Assembly (NCBI GenBank): GCA_965218975.1 | Contig: OZ244717.1 | Coordinates: 320,001 to 384,000 of the forward strand | DNA: 64,000 nt | From: Candidatus Oxydemutatoraceae bacterium | GTDB lineage: Bacteria; Pseudomonadota; Gammaproteobacteria; Poriferisulfidales; Oxydemutatoraceae | Direction: 5' to 3' | Shown here: positions 9,926 to 26,867 of the stretch, one piece after another | Position numbering within the stretch: the stretch's first letter is position 1 | How the letters are laid out: the number at the start of each line of letters is the position of its first letter | Position numbers and translations under genes: made by a program | The notes under the pieces: model-generated | The model's database searches: none | Seen by the model: only the letters and a program-made list of their open reading frames with translations | What the model was told of the DNA's origin: nothing

Positions 9926-10693
9926 GTGATGCCGAAGCCCACCGCTATTGCCACGCAAGACCGCTTGATTGTCGCATTAGATTTTCCCGATGCAAAACAA
10001 GCGCAGCAAATGGTTGATCAGCTCGGTTCGACAGTGTGCTTTTACAAAATTGGCTTGGAACTGTTCATGTCAGGCGACGGATTCACCTTGCTTGAGCAGT
10101 TATTGAATCAGGATAAAAAAGTATTTGTCGATCTGAAATTTTTTGACGTCCCGCAAACCGTCGCTGCCGCAGTGCGTCAACTACGCAACCGCGGCGTTAG
10201 CTTCGCAACAGTGCACGGCAATGATGCCATGCTCGCGGCAGCAGTAGCAGAAAAAAGCGCACATTTGAAATTACTTGCAGTTACCGCTTTGACAAGCCTT
10301 GACCGCGGCGATTTGAACGACTTAGGTTTTAATTGCGATATCGAAGCGCTGGTGCTGTCACGAGCAAAGCGCGCTCTAGCAATCGGTTGCGACGGCGTTG
10401 TCGCATCGGGTCTTGAAGCCCCCGGATTAAAAAAAGAATTCGCCGATCAACTGCTGATTGTTATCCCCGGGATTCGTCCGGTAGACAATGATGACGACCA
10501 AAAAAGAACTGTGGATGTAACGCAGGCATTTTGTAATGGTGCCGATTATATTGTCATCGGACGCCCGATCACTTTGGCCGACTCGCCCCTTGACGCTGCC
10601 ATGCGAATTGCAGACACTATCACACGATTCTTCGCCGAATCTGCCGAGTTAAAACAGACAGATTTTAATTATTCAACAGATAGCAAAGCATAA
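9926..10693 (+). CDS. pyrF: Orotidine-5'-phosphate decarboxylase
   Basis: LIVALD, KIGLEL, DLKFFDVPQTV (DxKxxD), PGIRP, DDQKR, IVIGRPIT. Confidence 0.95.
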   Translation: MMPKPTAIATQDRLIVALDFPDAKQAQQMVDQLGSTVCFYKIGLELFMSGDGFTLLEQLLNQDKKVFVDLKFFDVPQTVAAAVRQLRNRGVSFATVHGNDAMLAAAVAEKSAHLKLLAVTALTSLDRGDLNDLGFNCDIEALVLSRAKRALAIGCDGVVASGLEAPGLKKEFADQLLIVIPGIRPVDNDDDQKRTVDVTQAFCNGADYIVIGRPITLADSPLDAAMRIADTITRFFAESAELKQTDFNYSTDSKA

Positions 10694-10716
10694 TAAAAAT
10701 TAAATATAATCACGAG

Positions 10717-10911
10717 ATGGTGCAATTGCCAGCGACTGCCGAAATGCTGAAAAACGAAGTGATCCATGCGCTTCAGCGACAAAAATATACAGTTAAGCAC
10801 GATACTTTTATTGATTTCATAGAATCTTTTACTTCCGAAGCCAAAAAATTTATGCGCGATAGCTCTGAGTCGGATATATTAAAAATCAAACCCAAGTTAA
10901 TGCATGCATAA
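10717..10911 (+). CDS. Small hypothetical ORF or gene fragment ending in the island's left direct repeat
   Basis: 64 aa. Its TAA stop (10909-10911) lies inside the 22-bp repeat. Confidence 0.4.
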   Translation: MVQLPATAEMLKNEVIHALQRQKYTVKHDTFIDFIESFTSEAKKFMRDSSESDILKIKPKLMHA

Positions 10912-10926
10912 GCTCAGAAACATTTG
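10905..10926 (+). repeat. Left 22-bp direct repeat (att-like) of the defence island
   Basis: TGCATAAGCTCAGAAACATTTG is identical to 44880-44901. Confidence 0.85.
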
Positions 10927-10948
10927 GCATGTATATACTTACCGGAAC

Positions 10949-11008
10949 ATGAAAGATAGTTTTGAGAAAGATTTCAAAGAGCTGACAGAGTTTTCTTTGT
11001 TTGAGTGA
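10949..11008 (+). pseudogene. Stranded copy of the 5' end of the second cas3
   Basis: Reads MKDSFEKDFKELTEFSLFE* against MKDSFEKDFKELTGFPPFKW at 19433. The first 40 nt are identical and the upstream sequence is also similar. Confidence 0.85.
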
Positions 11009-11091
11009 CCATTTCACCGAGAACGATACTTCTTTTGCGCTCAGCATTTGCGCAAATCTCGGCAAAACTTCGGATAGAATAAAGTATTCCT

Positions 11092-14000
11092 ATGAATGAA
11101 TATGCCCACTTCTTTACCAAAGTCAGCAAGCATGACAAGGCGCATTCGTGGCAGAAAAAACTTGCGGATTCACAAAACTGCGGCAACCGACTAATTCGTA
11201 TTCCGACGGGTTTCGGAAAGACTCTGGGCGTGCTTACAACTTGGATATGGCATCGCTTACAGCAGCGCAATGAAAAGTGGCCGCGCCGCCTAGTCTGGTG
11301 TCTGCCTATGCGCGTACTCGTCGAACAAACAGGAAACGAAGCCCGCAAGATCCTCGAAAGTGAGGATATCGATGCACTGTGGGACGGACAAGAAGGCACA
11401 CACGACGGCAAGGTAGGTGTTCACTTGCTTATGGGGGGCACCGATACAGGTCAGTGGTACCTATATCCCGAATACGACGCGGTGCTGATCGGCACGCAGG
11501 ACATGCTACTTTCCCGCGCCATGAATCGTGGCTATGCCTGTCCCAGAGCGCGTTGGCCTATGGAGTTCGGGTTACTGAATCAAGACACTCTGTGGGTGAT
11601 GGACGAAGTGCAGCTAATGGATGTGGGCTTGGCTACTTCGGGGCAGCTTCAGGCGTTTCGAAGCAAAGACCGAAATGACGGGAAGTCGCTGCGACCCTGT
11701 TTCACATGGTGGATGAGCGCGACATTGCAGCAAGCCTGGTTGGAGAAGAGTCCGGACACGGCCGATTTGACCGAAGAGCTGGCTGGGAATAAGCACTGCA
11801 TCGGATCCGAGGATCGGGTAGGACATCTATGGAATAACGTTACCAAAACTCTGAAAATCAATCAGTTTTCCGATCAGAAGAAACTCGCTCAGACCGTTAT
11901 TGAACAACACAAGGAAGGATTAACGTTGGTCGTGCTCAATACGGTGGAGCGAGCCGTCGGAGCCTGGAAGGTGCTTCGGCAAGACAAGACGCTGAAGGAC
12001 GCAAGTACGGACATTCGTTTGATTCATAGTCGATTCCGCCCCGCCGAGCGACGGGCTTGGCGTGAAGAATTTCTCAACCGCGAAGCTTGTGGCCCGGGCA
12101 CGAATCGCATTATCGTTTCTACGCAGGTGGTGGAAGCCGGTGTGGATATCTCGGCATCTCTTCTGATTACCGAGCTTGCCCCATGGCCAAGCTTGATTCA
12201 GAGATTCGGTCGTTGCGCGCGATGGGGTGGTACAGGCCAAGTCATCGTCGCAGATTTCGGGTACGACAGTGACGAGAAAGCCGCTCCCTACTCAAAGGAT
12301 GAACTCGATGCCTCGCGCGATGCCTGCCAGGCATTACCGGATGCCGGGCCGAACCATCTCGAACAATTCGAAGAAAAGAATGGCGCATTACTGCCGCGCC
12401 TCTATCCCTATGAACCCGCTCATCTGTTACTACGCCACGAATTGGATGAATTATTCGATACCTCACCTGATTTGTCGGGAGCGGATATCGACATCAGCCG
12501 CTTTATTCGGTCAGGTAACGAACGCGACGTGCAAGTATTTTGGGCCGAGGTTGCCGACGATGATCCGCCGTCGAACATGAAGCCAACAAGAGATGAACTC
12601 TGTAGTATTCCTTTCCTAAAGACTCGTGACTGGTTGTGCAAACCAAAATCAGAGAATCTGAAACCAGGCGTCCAAGCATGGGTTTGGGATTGGCTGGATC
12701 GCAAATGGCGTAAAGTCAGCCGCCGCGACATCTATCCCGGACAGACGGTGCTGATCGAGAGTACCGTCGGAGGTTATCGCAACGATCGCGGATGGGACCC
12801 GGAGTCCGAGGAACGGGTTAAGCCCATACAGTCGGACTACGCAATCCGGCACAAGAAGAAACTCTGCTGGAAACGACGTAACGGTGGTTGGCAACCTGGC
12901 GAAACCCGGCGGCTCATTCGTGTACCTAAGTCGGAAAATGATGCAAACGCCGCTGAAGCCGATGAATTCCTCAAGCCGGAAGATGATGCGGACGCCGCCG
13001 AAGATGATGAATCCCTGAGCATCACCGATAATTGGCAAACCATTGCCAGTCATGGCTTGGAGGTCGGCAAAAAGGTCCAATGTATCGCAGAGCAAATGCA
13101 GGTTGAGCCGAACTTCGCTAGGCTGCTACATCTTGCCGGGCGTTGGCACGATCTCGGTAAAGCTCATCCTGCGTTCCAGAGTTCCATTCAGGCAGATACC
13201 CGCCCCGAGCGGGAAGACATTGCCAAAGCTCCCGATATCGCCTGGCCGTGCAGCTTCAATAATTTGTACCGTATCAACGCCGGTGATCAACGACGCGGTT
13301 TCCGCCATGAGCTGGCGAGCACGCTCGGCTTGTTCGGCGTGCTGCAACGGCACAATCCCGAACACCAAGCTTTACTTGGCCCTTGGCGCAAGTGGTTTGA
13401 TGCAATGAATGAAGTCAATCAAAACGCTATTGAATCGTCGGATGAGTCTGTCAATGGTAATGACATTTCCGAGCCTACGGCCATTGAACAGGAAATACTC
13501 AATCTTACTGCTCAAGAGTTTGATTTGCTTGCCTATCTGATTTGTTCCCATCACGGTAAAGTGCGCATGGCCTGGCATGCAAGTTCTTCCGACCAGAAAG
13601 CCGATGATAGCCGAGTGCGTATTCGTGGCATCCGGGAAGGCGATATTTTGCCTCCTGTGCAGCTGGCTGCTGTTGATGGCAGTTTTCATCAGTTGCCGGC
13701 TACCGAACTTGACCTGGCACCGTCAGAAATGGGTTTGAGCCTCCGAACCGGCAGGAGCTGGTCCGAGCGCGTATTAAGTCTTGTTGAACGCTTCGGGCCG
13801 TTCAATCTGGCTTGGCTGGAAGCTGCGTTGCGCTCAGCTGATATGCGTGCCTCGCGACAGGTGGCTACGGAAGATCCATTATTGCAAAAGCAGGAGAATT
13901 ACCACGCGAAGCATCAGTTGGATATAGATTCGGAAACGGTTCGGGTGCCGTATTCGGCCACCCGCTACGTTAAGACTTCTATCGGCATCCTGAGCCACCA

Positions 14001-14411
14001 AAAACTTGTTTCACTGCTGACTGAACGGATTGCCGATATCGAACAGGCTATTGCTAAGCGAGCGCTTGCGGGGCTGCGCATCTATGATCTCTTGCCGGAG
14101 CTGCACCGACGCATTTGCGCTAACTTGACTCCGAATATCGCCGGGCATTGGCGTTCTCGGGATGTTCGTGCCGGCAAACGCAAAGCGCCGACGTATTCGC
14201 GGATCCCAACGTTGATGCGCGACTATACCAACGATCTTGAAGCGCGTTGGAACGGTAACAATGGCAAACTTGATAAGGAACGGATTGATAGGAGCTTCGC
14301 TTTCACCGAAAATCAACTCCGCTACATTCACCCTTTCGAAGAATTCAACGACCACGTTACTCATCTGTTCCTCATTGAGATTAGGCGCCGCTTCGCGCAG
14401 AGAGGCCTGCA

Positions 14412-14415
<4 letters not shown>
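11092..14415 (+). CDS. cas3: Type I-G Cas3 helicase with C-terminal HD nuclease and an extra Fic-like domain
   Basis: PTGFGKT Walker A, WPRRLVWCLPMR, MDEVQ, MSAT, HSRFR, STQVVEAGVD, QRFGRCAR, WHDLGKAH, FRHELAS, SHHG, LRSAD. The tail has ELHRRI..AGHWR..IHPFEEFN. Confidence 0.93.
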
Positions 14416-17674
<3,259 letters not shown>

Positions 17675-17679
17675 GGTGC

Positions 17680-19389
17680 ATGTCGGTATCTCTTGCTTTT
17701 CGTTTCCTTGCCGGGCGTTATCACGCGACGCCCTACGGCCACCACGTCAACGAAGGCTTGATTGAGTGGCCACCCTCTCCGTGGCGGCTGTTGCGTGCGC
17801 TGATCTCGGTCGGCTACACATCCGGCGTGTGGAATGGTACCGGCTTGTTGCCTGAGGCTCGCAGCTTGATTGAAAATCTGTCCGCCGAGCTGCCGCGCTA
17901 CTTTATCCCACCTATGGTTGGCACTCACAGCCGTCATTACATGCCGATTGGTGCACTGGATGAGAAGAAAATCGAAAAGACGACCCTGGTGTTCGACACC
18001 TGGGCGCGGGTTAAAGACCAAGATTTGGTTGTTACTTGGTCCAACGTGCCTCTGGACGATGATGAACGTAACATGTTGGGCGTTCTGATGGAGCGGCTGA
18101 ATTACTTAGGGCGCTCGGAGAGCTGGGTCCAAGGCCGGGTAATAGGAGAAGGTGAACAGATTCCGGAAGCCAATTGTTTTCCCGAAGAATACAGAGATAA
18201 CCCCGGACACGGCTGGGAGCAGATTACCCTTCTTGCACCTAATAGCGCGTCCGATTTCAAGACTTGGCGGGAGGCACAGATCAAAGAGGCGCTGGCCAAA
18301 TTGCCTTTGCCGGAAGGAAAAAAGCCAACAAAAAAGCTGCGCAAGGATCAGGATAAAGCTAAGGCAGCTTATCCTGACGATCTGCTTGACTGCTTGCAGA
18401 AAGATACGACATGGGTGCGCTCTCACGGTTGGAATCGGCCGCCCGGCAGTCGGCGTGTCTTCTATTGGCGACCATCCAATGCCATATCGGTTGGTGCCCC
18501 GAAGGCAAGAACAGCAGCTCGACGCCAGCCACGGGTTGAAGCCATGCTTCTATCTCTCACGAATACCAGCCGCAACGACCACGCGTTGCCGCCGGTGACC
18601 AGAACTTTGCCACAGGCAGAATTGCTGCATCGCAATCTCGTCGGTATTGCAGCTAAGATGCTGAAAGCTCAGCAACAAGAAAAGCATGAGGAATTGCTAT
18701 CACCTGAACTGACCGGGCGCGACGACAACCGCCGACCGCTTCGAGGACCGCATGAACACGCACACATCAATCCTCTTGATCTCGACGGCGACGGGCACCT
18801 GGACCACATTCTCGTCTGGGCGCCGGGGGGACTCGGTGCCGAAGCCCAGGCGGCCATTCGCGCGGCACGGACAACTTACACCAAGGGCAGCGGCGAACCG
18901 CTGCGCCTGGCACCGGCCGTAACAGGTGACCTGCAAAATTTGGCTCGGTTGCCTCTGGAATACGGACAACGTGTCATCCGTCTTGTTTCCCGTTCGGTTT
19001 CTTCGGATGGCGCGACGGTTTGGGAATCCCTGACGCCCTTCGTTCCTCCAAGGTATCTCAAACTGCGTGGCAAAAACACATTGGAAGGACAAATACACGC
19101 CGAGCTTCAATCGAGAGGATATCCTGAACCAGCCTCGGTGCATCCATTCGCGCCAATGTTCCGGAATCAAAATGATGCCGTGTCGGCAGGTAGCGCTGCC
19201 GGCGAACGAAGCAAAACGACCTGGAGCCGTTTCCGCCATTTCAAGATCATGCGTCAACGCGGACCGACGCCACCGGTCGTATGCTGGTTTGGCATCCGGC
19301 TGGAGTTTGATCGTCCGGTCCGAGGTCCCATAGCGCTTGGATACGCCTCGCATTTTGGTCTAGGGCTGTTCACTGCTGTTGACCCATAA
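17680..19389 (+). CDS. csb2: Type I-G Csb2 (Cas5-Cas6 fusion)
   Basis: GRYHATPYG, EWPPSPWRLLRAL, YLGRSESW, HEHAH, W.S.TPF, C-terminal GPIALGYASHFGLGLF. Confidence 0.9.
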   Translation: MSVSLAFRFLAGRYHATPYGHHVNEGLIEWPPSPWRLLRALISVGYTSGVWNGTGLLPEARSLIENLSAELPRYFIPPMVGTHSRHYMPIGALDEKKIEKTTLVFDTWARVKDQDLVVTWSNVPLDDDERNMLGVLMERLNYLGRSESWVQGRVIGEGEQIPEANCFPEEYRDNPGHGWEQITLLAPNSASDFKTWREAQIKEALAKLPLPEGKKPTKKLRKDQDKAKAAYPDDLLDCLQKDTTWVRSHGWNRPPGSRRVFYWRPSNAISVGAPKARTAARRQPRVEAMLLSLTNTSRNDHALPPVTRTLPQAELLHRNLVGIAAKMLKAQQQEKHEELLSPELTGRDDNRRPLRGPHEHAHINPLDLDGDGHLDHILVWAPGGLGAEAQAAIRAARTTYTKGSGEPLRLAPAVTGDLQNLARLPLEYGQRVIRLVSRSVSSDGATVWESLTPFVPPRYLKLRGKNTLEGQIHAELQSRGYPEPASVHPFAPMFRNQNDAVSAGSAAGERSKTTWSRFRHFKIMRQRGPTPPVVCWFGIRLEFDRPVRGPIALGYASHFGLGLFTAVDP

Positions 19390-19432
19390 ACAGCAGCGTT
19401 GAATAGCATTTGACGTATATACTTATCGGAAT

Positions 19433-22185
19433 ATGAAAGATAGTTTTGAGAAAGATTTCAAAGAGCTGACAGGATTTCCTCCGTTCAAATGGCAGAAACG
19501 CCTTTTCTATGAGCGTTTCGCCAAAGGTGATATTCCTTCTGCGCTCGACATCCCGACAGGTCTCGGCAAGACTTCGGTGATGGTAATCTGGTATTTGGCC
19601 CGGAAGGCCAAAGCTGCATTGCCCCGGCGTTTAGTTTATGTGGTTGATAGACGGGCAGTCGTTGATCAGGCGACAACTGTGGCCGATGAAATTAAAAAGA
19701 AATCAAAGGACGATACATTGCGGGTGAGCACGCTGCGCGGTCAACATGTGGATAATCGGGAATGGCTTGCGGACCCAGTTGCGCCGGCCATTATTGTCGG
19801 CACCGTTGATATGATCGGCTCACGGCTGTTGTTCTCGGGTTACGGCGTATCACGCAAGATGCGCCCCTATCATGCGGGTCTGCTCGGAGCGGATACGCTC
19901 GTCGTGCTTGACGAAGCGCATTTGGTTCCACCGTTTGAAAAACTTCTCGAAAAGATTGCGAAGATTGTGAACGGAGCCAACGTATTCGGTCCGCGCGAGC
20001 AAGAGGACCGAAGAATAACGCCGCCCCTCAAGTTGCTTTCGCTGTCGGCTACAGGACGTGAAAATGATCAAAGCAGAAAAGGAGGATTCTCGCTTCTTCG
20101 CGAAGACTGGGAAGATGAAGTTGTTAAGAAGCGTCTGGAAGCACGAAAACGACTTACGATCCAAGTGCTCAATGATGCAGAAAAGCTGGCACAGGAGCTG
20201 GCCGAGCGGGCATGGAAACTTGGAGAGAAGCCGGCACGTGTGCTCGTTTATTGCGATCGCAGAAAAGATGCTGTGGAAGTAAAGAATAAAATTGATAAGA
20301 AGTTTGAGAAAGGAACCCCCGAACCTGTTTCCGAACTTTTGGTCGGCGGGCGGCGTGTGTTTGAGCGGCAAACGCTTTCTGACTGGTTGAAAGAGTACGG
20401 TTTCTTTGGCGATGCCAAAGGATCGCCAAAGCAGCCGACTTTTCTGATTGCGACCTCAGCCGGTGAAGTAGGCGTTGATCTTGATGCGGACCACATGGTG
20501 TGCGATTTGGTCGAGTGGGAGCGCATGGTGCAGCGCCTTGGCCGTGTGAATCGGCGCGGCAACGGGGATGCCCGTATTGAGGTCGTTGCCGCGCCCCGCA
20601 CGGAAAAGCCCAGCAATCAAAAAAAGGCCAAAGAGTGGGAGAAACTCTTGGCCTGTTTCCGCAAGCCGCTGGACAGCCTGCGTTGTGTCGGCGTACAGGA
20701 CGAACGGGACGCGAGCCCGGGTGCGCTCCTGGAACTCAAAGAACGCGCGGAAAATCATTCGGAACTACGAAACGCGATTGAAGCGGCAACAACACCGGTC
20801 CCGTTGCGGCCGGCATTGACTCGTGCCCTCGTTGATGCGTGGTCTATGACCTCGTTGGACGAGCATACGGGGCGACCGGACGATATTCAGCCGTGGCTGC
20901 GCGGATGGGAGGAAGATCCACAACCGCAAACTACGGTTGTCTGGCGCAAGTATCTGCCGGTACGCGCAAATGGGACCGAGACGGAGGCAACGAAGAAAGA
21001 AATTGAAGCATTTTTTGAAGCAGCGCCTCCGCATACGAGCGAGAAACTTGAAATCGAGACTGGTAAAATTGTTGGATGGTTTTCCGAACGTGCCGAGAAA
21101 CAATTCCAAATAAAGAAAACCGTCGACTCGGCGGCAGAACCAAGCGAATCCGACGACAACTCCATCGCAGATATTCAACCGTTACTGAAGAAAGATATTT
21201 GTGCCTATGTCCTGTCGCCTGCTCACGATTTGCTCTCTATACTTAAAGGGCATGACTGCGATAATAATACGAAGGTTAAAGAATACATTCTTCCCGGTTC
21301 CACGCTCATAGTGGACGCGCGCTTTGGTGGTCTTTCAGAAGAAGGGATGCTTGCAGAAGAGGGGATGCTTGATGAGAATGCTAGCGGTCCGCCGCGCACG
21401 ATTGACGACGATGAAAATTGGCTGCCTGACGATGGAGAGGGCAAGCCAACCATAAGGTTCCGTGTGCGACACGTTACTGGCGTTACTGAAAGTGACAGCA
21501 CCGAGTCAAAACCAGACTCAGGTTGGCGGGAGCGGCTGAGGTTTGATCTTAAACGTAGCGAGGAAGGCGAAGCTACCAAGTGGCTGCTCGTTGAGAAATG
21601 GCGCGACGACTCCGAAACCGGGGACGACCGTTCCATAGGTAGGTTGCAAGAATTGTGTGAGCATCACGCCTGGACGGAAGCCAAGGCGCGTAAAATAGCC
21701 AACGCTTTAGATCTGCCTGACTCCCACATTGAATTGCTAGCCGTTGCGGCACGACTGCACGATAAAGGAAAGCAACACTCATTGTGGCAACGGGCTGCCA
21801 AGGCCCCGCAGGACGGTAAAATTTATGCAAAGACGGATAAACGGATGAATGTTAATTTGCTGAATAAATATCGTCATGAATTCGGCTCGCTTCCGTTCGC
21901 TAAAGAAGATGCAGATTTTAAGGCTTTGCCTGCTGACTTGCAGGAACTTTCTCTGCATTTGATCGCGACACATCACGGTTATGCGCGGCCTGTCATTTCT
22001 ACTAGCGGTTGCGACGACCCTCCTTCTGTTCTTGAAAAACGCGCCCGCGATGTTGCACTACGATTCGCCCAAATGCAGAAGCGATGGGGGCCTTGGGGAT
22101 TGGCCTGGTGGGAATCATTGTTGCGCGCCGCAGACCAACAAGCCTCACGCGATAATGATGACCCCAATCGAAAGAAGGATAACTA

Positions 22186-22186
<1 letters not shown>
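19433..22186 (+). CDS. cas3: Second type I-G Cas3 (helicase plus C-terminal HD)
   Basis: PTGLGKT, PRRLVYVVDRR, GTVDMIGSRLLFSGYG, LDEAH, LSAT, ATSAGEVGVD, QRLGRVNR, LHDKGK, YRHEFGS, THHG, WGPWGLAWWESLLRAAD. Confidence 0.94.
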
Positions 22187-24160
<1,974 letters not shown>

Positions 24161-24192
24161 CAAGAATCTCATTTAAGTTTCTTGAGTTAACT

Positions 24193-26382
24193 ATGAATCG
24201 GACACTTCTCCTCTCGGCTTATTTTCATGACGGTCGCTATCACGGTGAATGTGGGCATGGCAGCAGCGAGTGGCCTCCAGCACCGGCGAGACTATTTCAG
24301 GCGCTGGTTGCCGGTGCCGCAAGAGGTGCCGAATTAGCTGGCAGGGACGAAACGGCGCTTGAATGGCTTGAGAAGCTTGGAGCACCGGTGATTGCCGCAC
24401 CAACCGTTCGCCGGGGCCAACTCTACAAAATCTATGTGCCGAATAACGATCTCGACGCGGTCGGCGGTGACCCGAGGAAAATCAACCAGATTCGAGTCGG
24501 GAAGTACGTACATCCACATATTTTCGATGCGAGAATACCACTACTCTTCGTCTGGACATTCAATAGCGGTGCATTCAGCGAAGATCATGCTCAAGCCGTC
24601 TGCCAAATCGCGGAGCAACTCTATCAATTGGGGCGAGGCATTGACATGGCTTGGGCTTCGGCAGAGCTTCTGGACGCAGGCGAAGTTGAAACACGCCTCA
24701 ATCGTCATGGCGGTGTTGTGTATCGGCCGAGCAAAGCTGGAGTCGGCAAGATGTTGTTGTTCTGTCCAAAGAAAGGATCATTTGCGAGCCTCAAAGAGCG
24801 ATACGATGCGAACAGGAAACGCTTCACCTATATAAGAAAGGGTAGGGGGTTTCAGCAACTTTTCTCTCAGCCACCTAAGCCACGGTTTGCCAGGGTCGCG
24901 TATAACGCTCCACCTCAGCGTTTTCTATTTGAGCTACGTGCAGCTACGCACAATGAATCTTTTGTGACATGGCCATCCGCTCGAACGGTTGAGCTCGTTG
25001 TAGCTTTGCGGGATAAAGCAGCTGATAAATTGAAAGACAAACTACCCGAAGAGGCTGGAAAGATTGACCGCGTATTTATAGGCTGTGAGGCAACGGAGGC
25101 AGACAAAGCTGCCCGGATACGGATTTTACCGCTTCCTTCTATTGGTCATATCCATGCGGATCGTGCGATTCGCCGGGTACTGGTTGAAGTACCGCCAAAT
25201 TGCCCGCTACGCTCGGATGACGTAGCTTGGACATTTTCCGGCCTTCCTGAGGTTGACCGAACGACCAGAGAAATCCTATGGAATCTTGTGCAGACACAAG
25301 AACGGATGATGCTCAAACACTATGGAATTAATAGCAGTAAACAACAGAGCTTCCGTGTCTGGCATACGGTTACTCCCGCGGCTCTGCCGGTCATGCGGAC
25401 AGGACGCAGAAATTCCGGAGCCAAACGTGTTGCAAGGGAAGCGAAAGTAACTCGCGCTGTTATGCAAGCGCTACGTCATGCCGGAGTGACAGAACCGGTA
25501 GAGTCTGTTCGCGTGCAACGCGAACCGTTTGATCGCAATGGTTCCCGGGCAGAAGAGTTTGCGATACCCGAGCGATTTGTCGCACGTGGTCTACATCACG
25601 TGGAGATTACTTTTGCGCGAGCCATACGCGGTCCTCTTATTATCGGGAACGGCCGCTATCTTGGGCTAGGGCTGATGGCGCCGCGAGAGATCGTCGTGCG
25701 TGACGCGCTGGCTTTTCCAATAACGCCAAATATCGCTGTCGCCGATACTGCGCTGTTGTTACGTTCGGTCAGGCGCGCATTGATGGCATTGTCGCGAGAC
25801 GGTGCTAATGGGCATGTCCCTCGACTTTTCTCCGGGCATGAGCCCGATGGCGCACCGGCAAAATCCGGTGGACATGATCATATTTTTCTTGCCGCGGATG
25901 ACGTTGACAGAGACGGACTCATTGAGCGGTTGATTGTTGCTGCGCCATGGGTTTGCGACCACACCACCAAGGAAACTCTTAAGGATCGCACTTGCTTTGA
26001 TAGAGTATCCAGGCAGTTAACCAACGTTCGAGCCGGCAGACTCGGCATTCTTACTATTGGTCCCGCACAGACTCTGACGGTCGGCGACCCACTTGTCGGG
26101 CCTGCCTGCGTATGGGAAAGTCGTAGCCCTTATCGCCCGACACGCCATGCCGGGCGAGGCAAAGATTTAGATGCTGCTGTCGCACGCGACATAATCGCCG
26201 AATGCGAACGTCGCGGCTTGCCTAAGCCTGAAGTCGAATTGTTAGAGCTCAACGCCGGTCCAAACGGCGGCAATCTAACTGCTCGCGCACGTCTTCGTTT
26301 TGCTGTAGCAGTTACGAAACCGATCATGCTCGGATGTGACAGCCACAGAGGCGGAGGCCTTTTTTCCGCCGTGAGCGGATAA
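24193..26382 (+). CDS. csb2: Second type I-G Csb2 (Cas5-Cas6 fusion, long form)
   Basis: DGRYHG, EWPPAPARLFQALVAG, YVPNND, LGRGIDMA, GNGRYLGLGL, C-terminal LGCDSHRGGGLF. Confidence 0.9.
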   Translation: MNRTLLLSAYFHDGRYHGECGHGSSEWPPAPARLFQALVAGAARGAELAGRDETALEWLEKLGAPVIAAPTVRRGQLYKIYVPNNDLDAVGGDPRKINQIRVGKYVHPHIFDARIPLLFVWTFNSGAFSEDHAQAVCQIAEQLYQLGRGIDMAWASAELLDAGEVETRLNRHGGVVYRPSKAGVGKMLLFCPKKGSFASLKERYDANRKRFTYIRKGRGFQQLFSQPPKPRFARVAYNAPPQRFLFELRAATHNESFVTWPSARTVELVVALRDKAADKLKDKLPEEAGKIDRVFIGCEATEADKAARIRILPLPSIGHIHADRAIRRVLVEVPPNCPLRSDDVAWTFSGLPEVDRTTREILWNLVQTQERMMLKHYGINSSKQQSFRVWHTVTPAALPVMRTGRRNSGAKRVAREAKVTRAVMQALRHAGVTEPVESVRVQREPFDRNGSRAEEFAIPERFVARGLHHVEITFARAIRGPLIIGNGRYLGLGLMAPREIVVRDALAFPITPNIAVADTALLLRSVRRALMALSRDGANGHVPRLFSGHEPDGAPAKSGGHDHIFLAADDVDRDGLIERLIVAAPWVCDHTTKETLKDRTCFDRVSRQLTNVRAGRLGILTIGPAQTLTVGDPLVGPACVWESRSPYRPTRHAGRGKDLDAAVARDIIAECERRGLPKPEVELLELNAGPNGGNLTARARLRFAVAVTKPIMLGCDSHRGGGLFSAVSG

Positions 26383-26867
26383 GCGCATAGAACTGTTGCC
26401 GAGACGAGCGTGTGAACACCTGCTATGGTGGCGCCCTAATTTGATTTTCCCTTTACAGGTTCCAAAACCCCTTTTGGCTATAATAGATACTATTATTAAC
26501 GTATTAACGGCATCCTCGCGAGGACGATTATGGTCGGAGCTATCAAGCTCGGATCAGTTGGTTATGGACGCAACCAAGTAAACCGGAGTGTTTTTGTCGT
26601 TTGCCACCGAAACAGACTGATCATTGGACAACAATCGGAAAATCTGGTGAAAAAATATTGATTTACCAACAGGATATTGTGAAATATATACTAATTAGAT
26701 TAGAAGAGGGGAATTTCGGCAATTCTTATCTAGTATCGGCTCGGGCGAAAATGATTCAGAGCGATGTCTTTTACGGAGTAATGAAAAGCCTTGCGAGAAA
26801 GAAAAAAGGTTGCCGGTCACGCTATCGTGATTGGTCGAAATAAAACCCGTCGATTGCGCTTAGCGCA

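Noticed and set aside
26799-26813. 15-nt match AAGAAAAAAGGTTGC between spacer 21 and the region upstream of cas4-cas1
   Set aside because: It is low-complexity and lies in the PAM-distal half of the spacer, so chance is a sufficient explanation.
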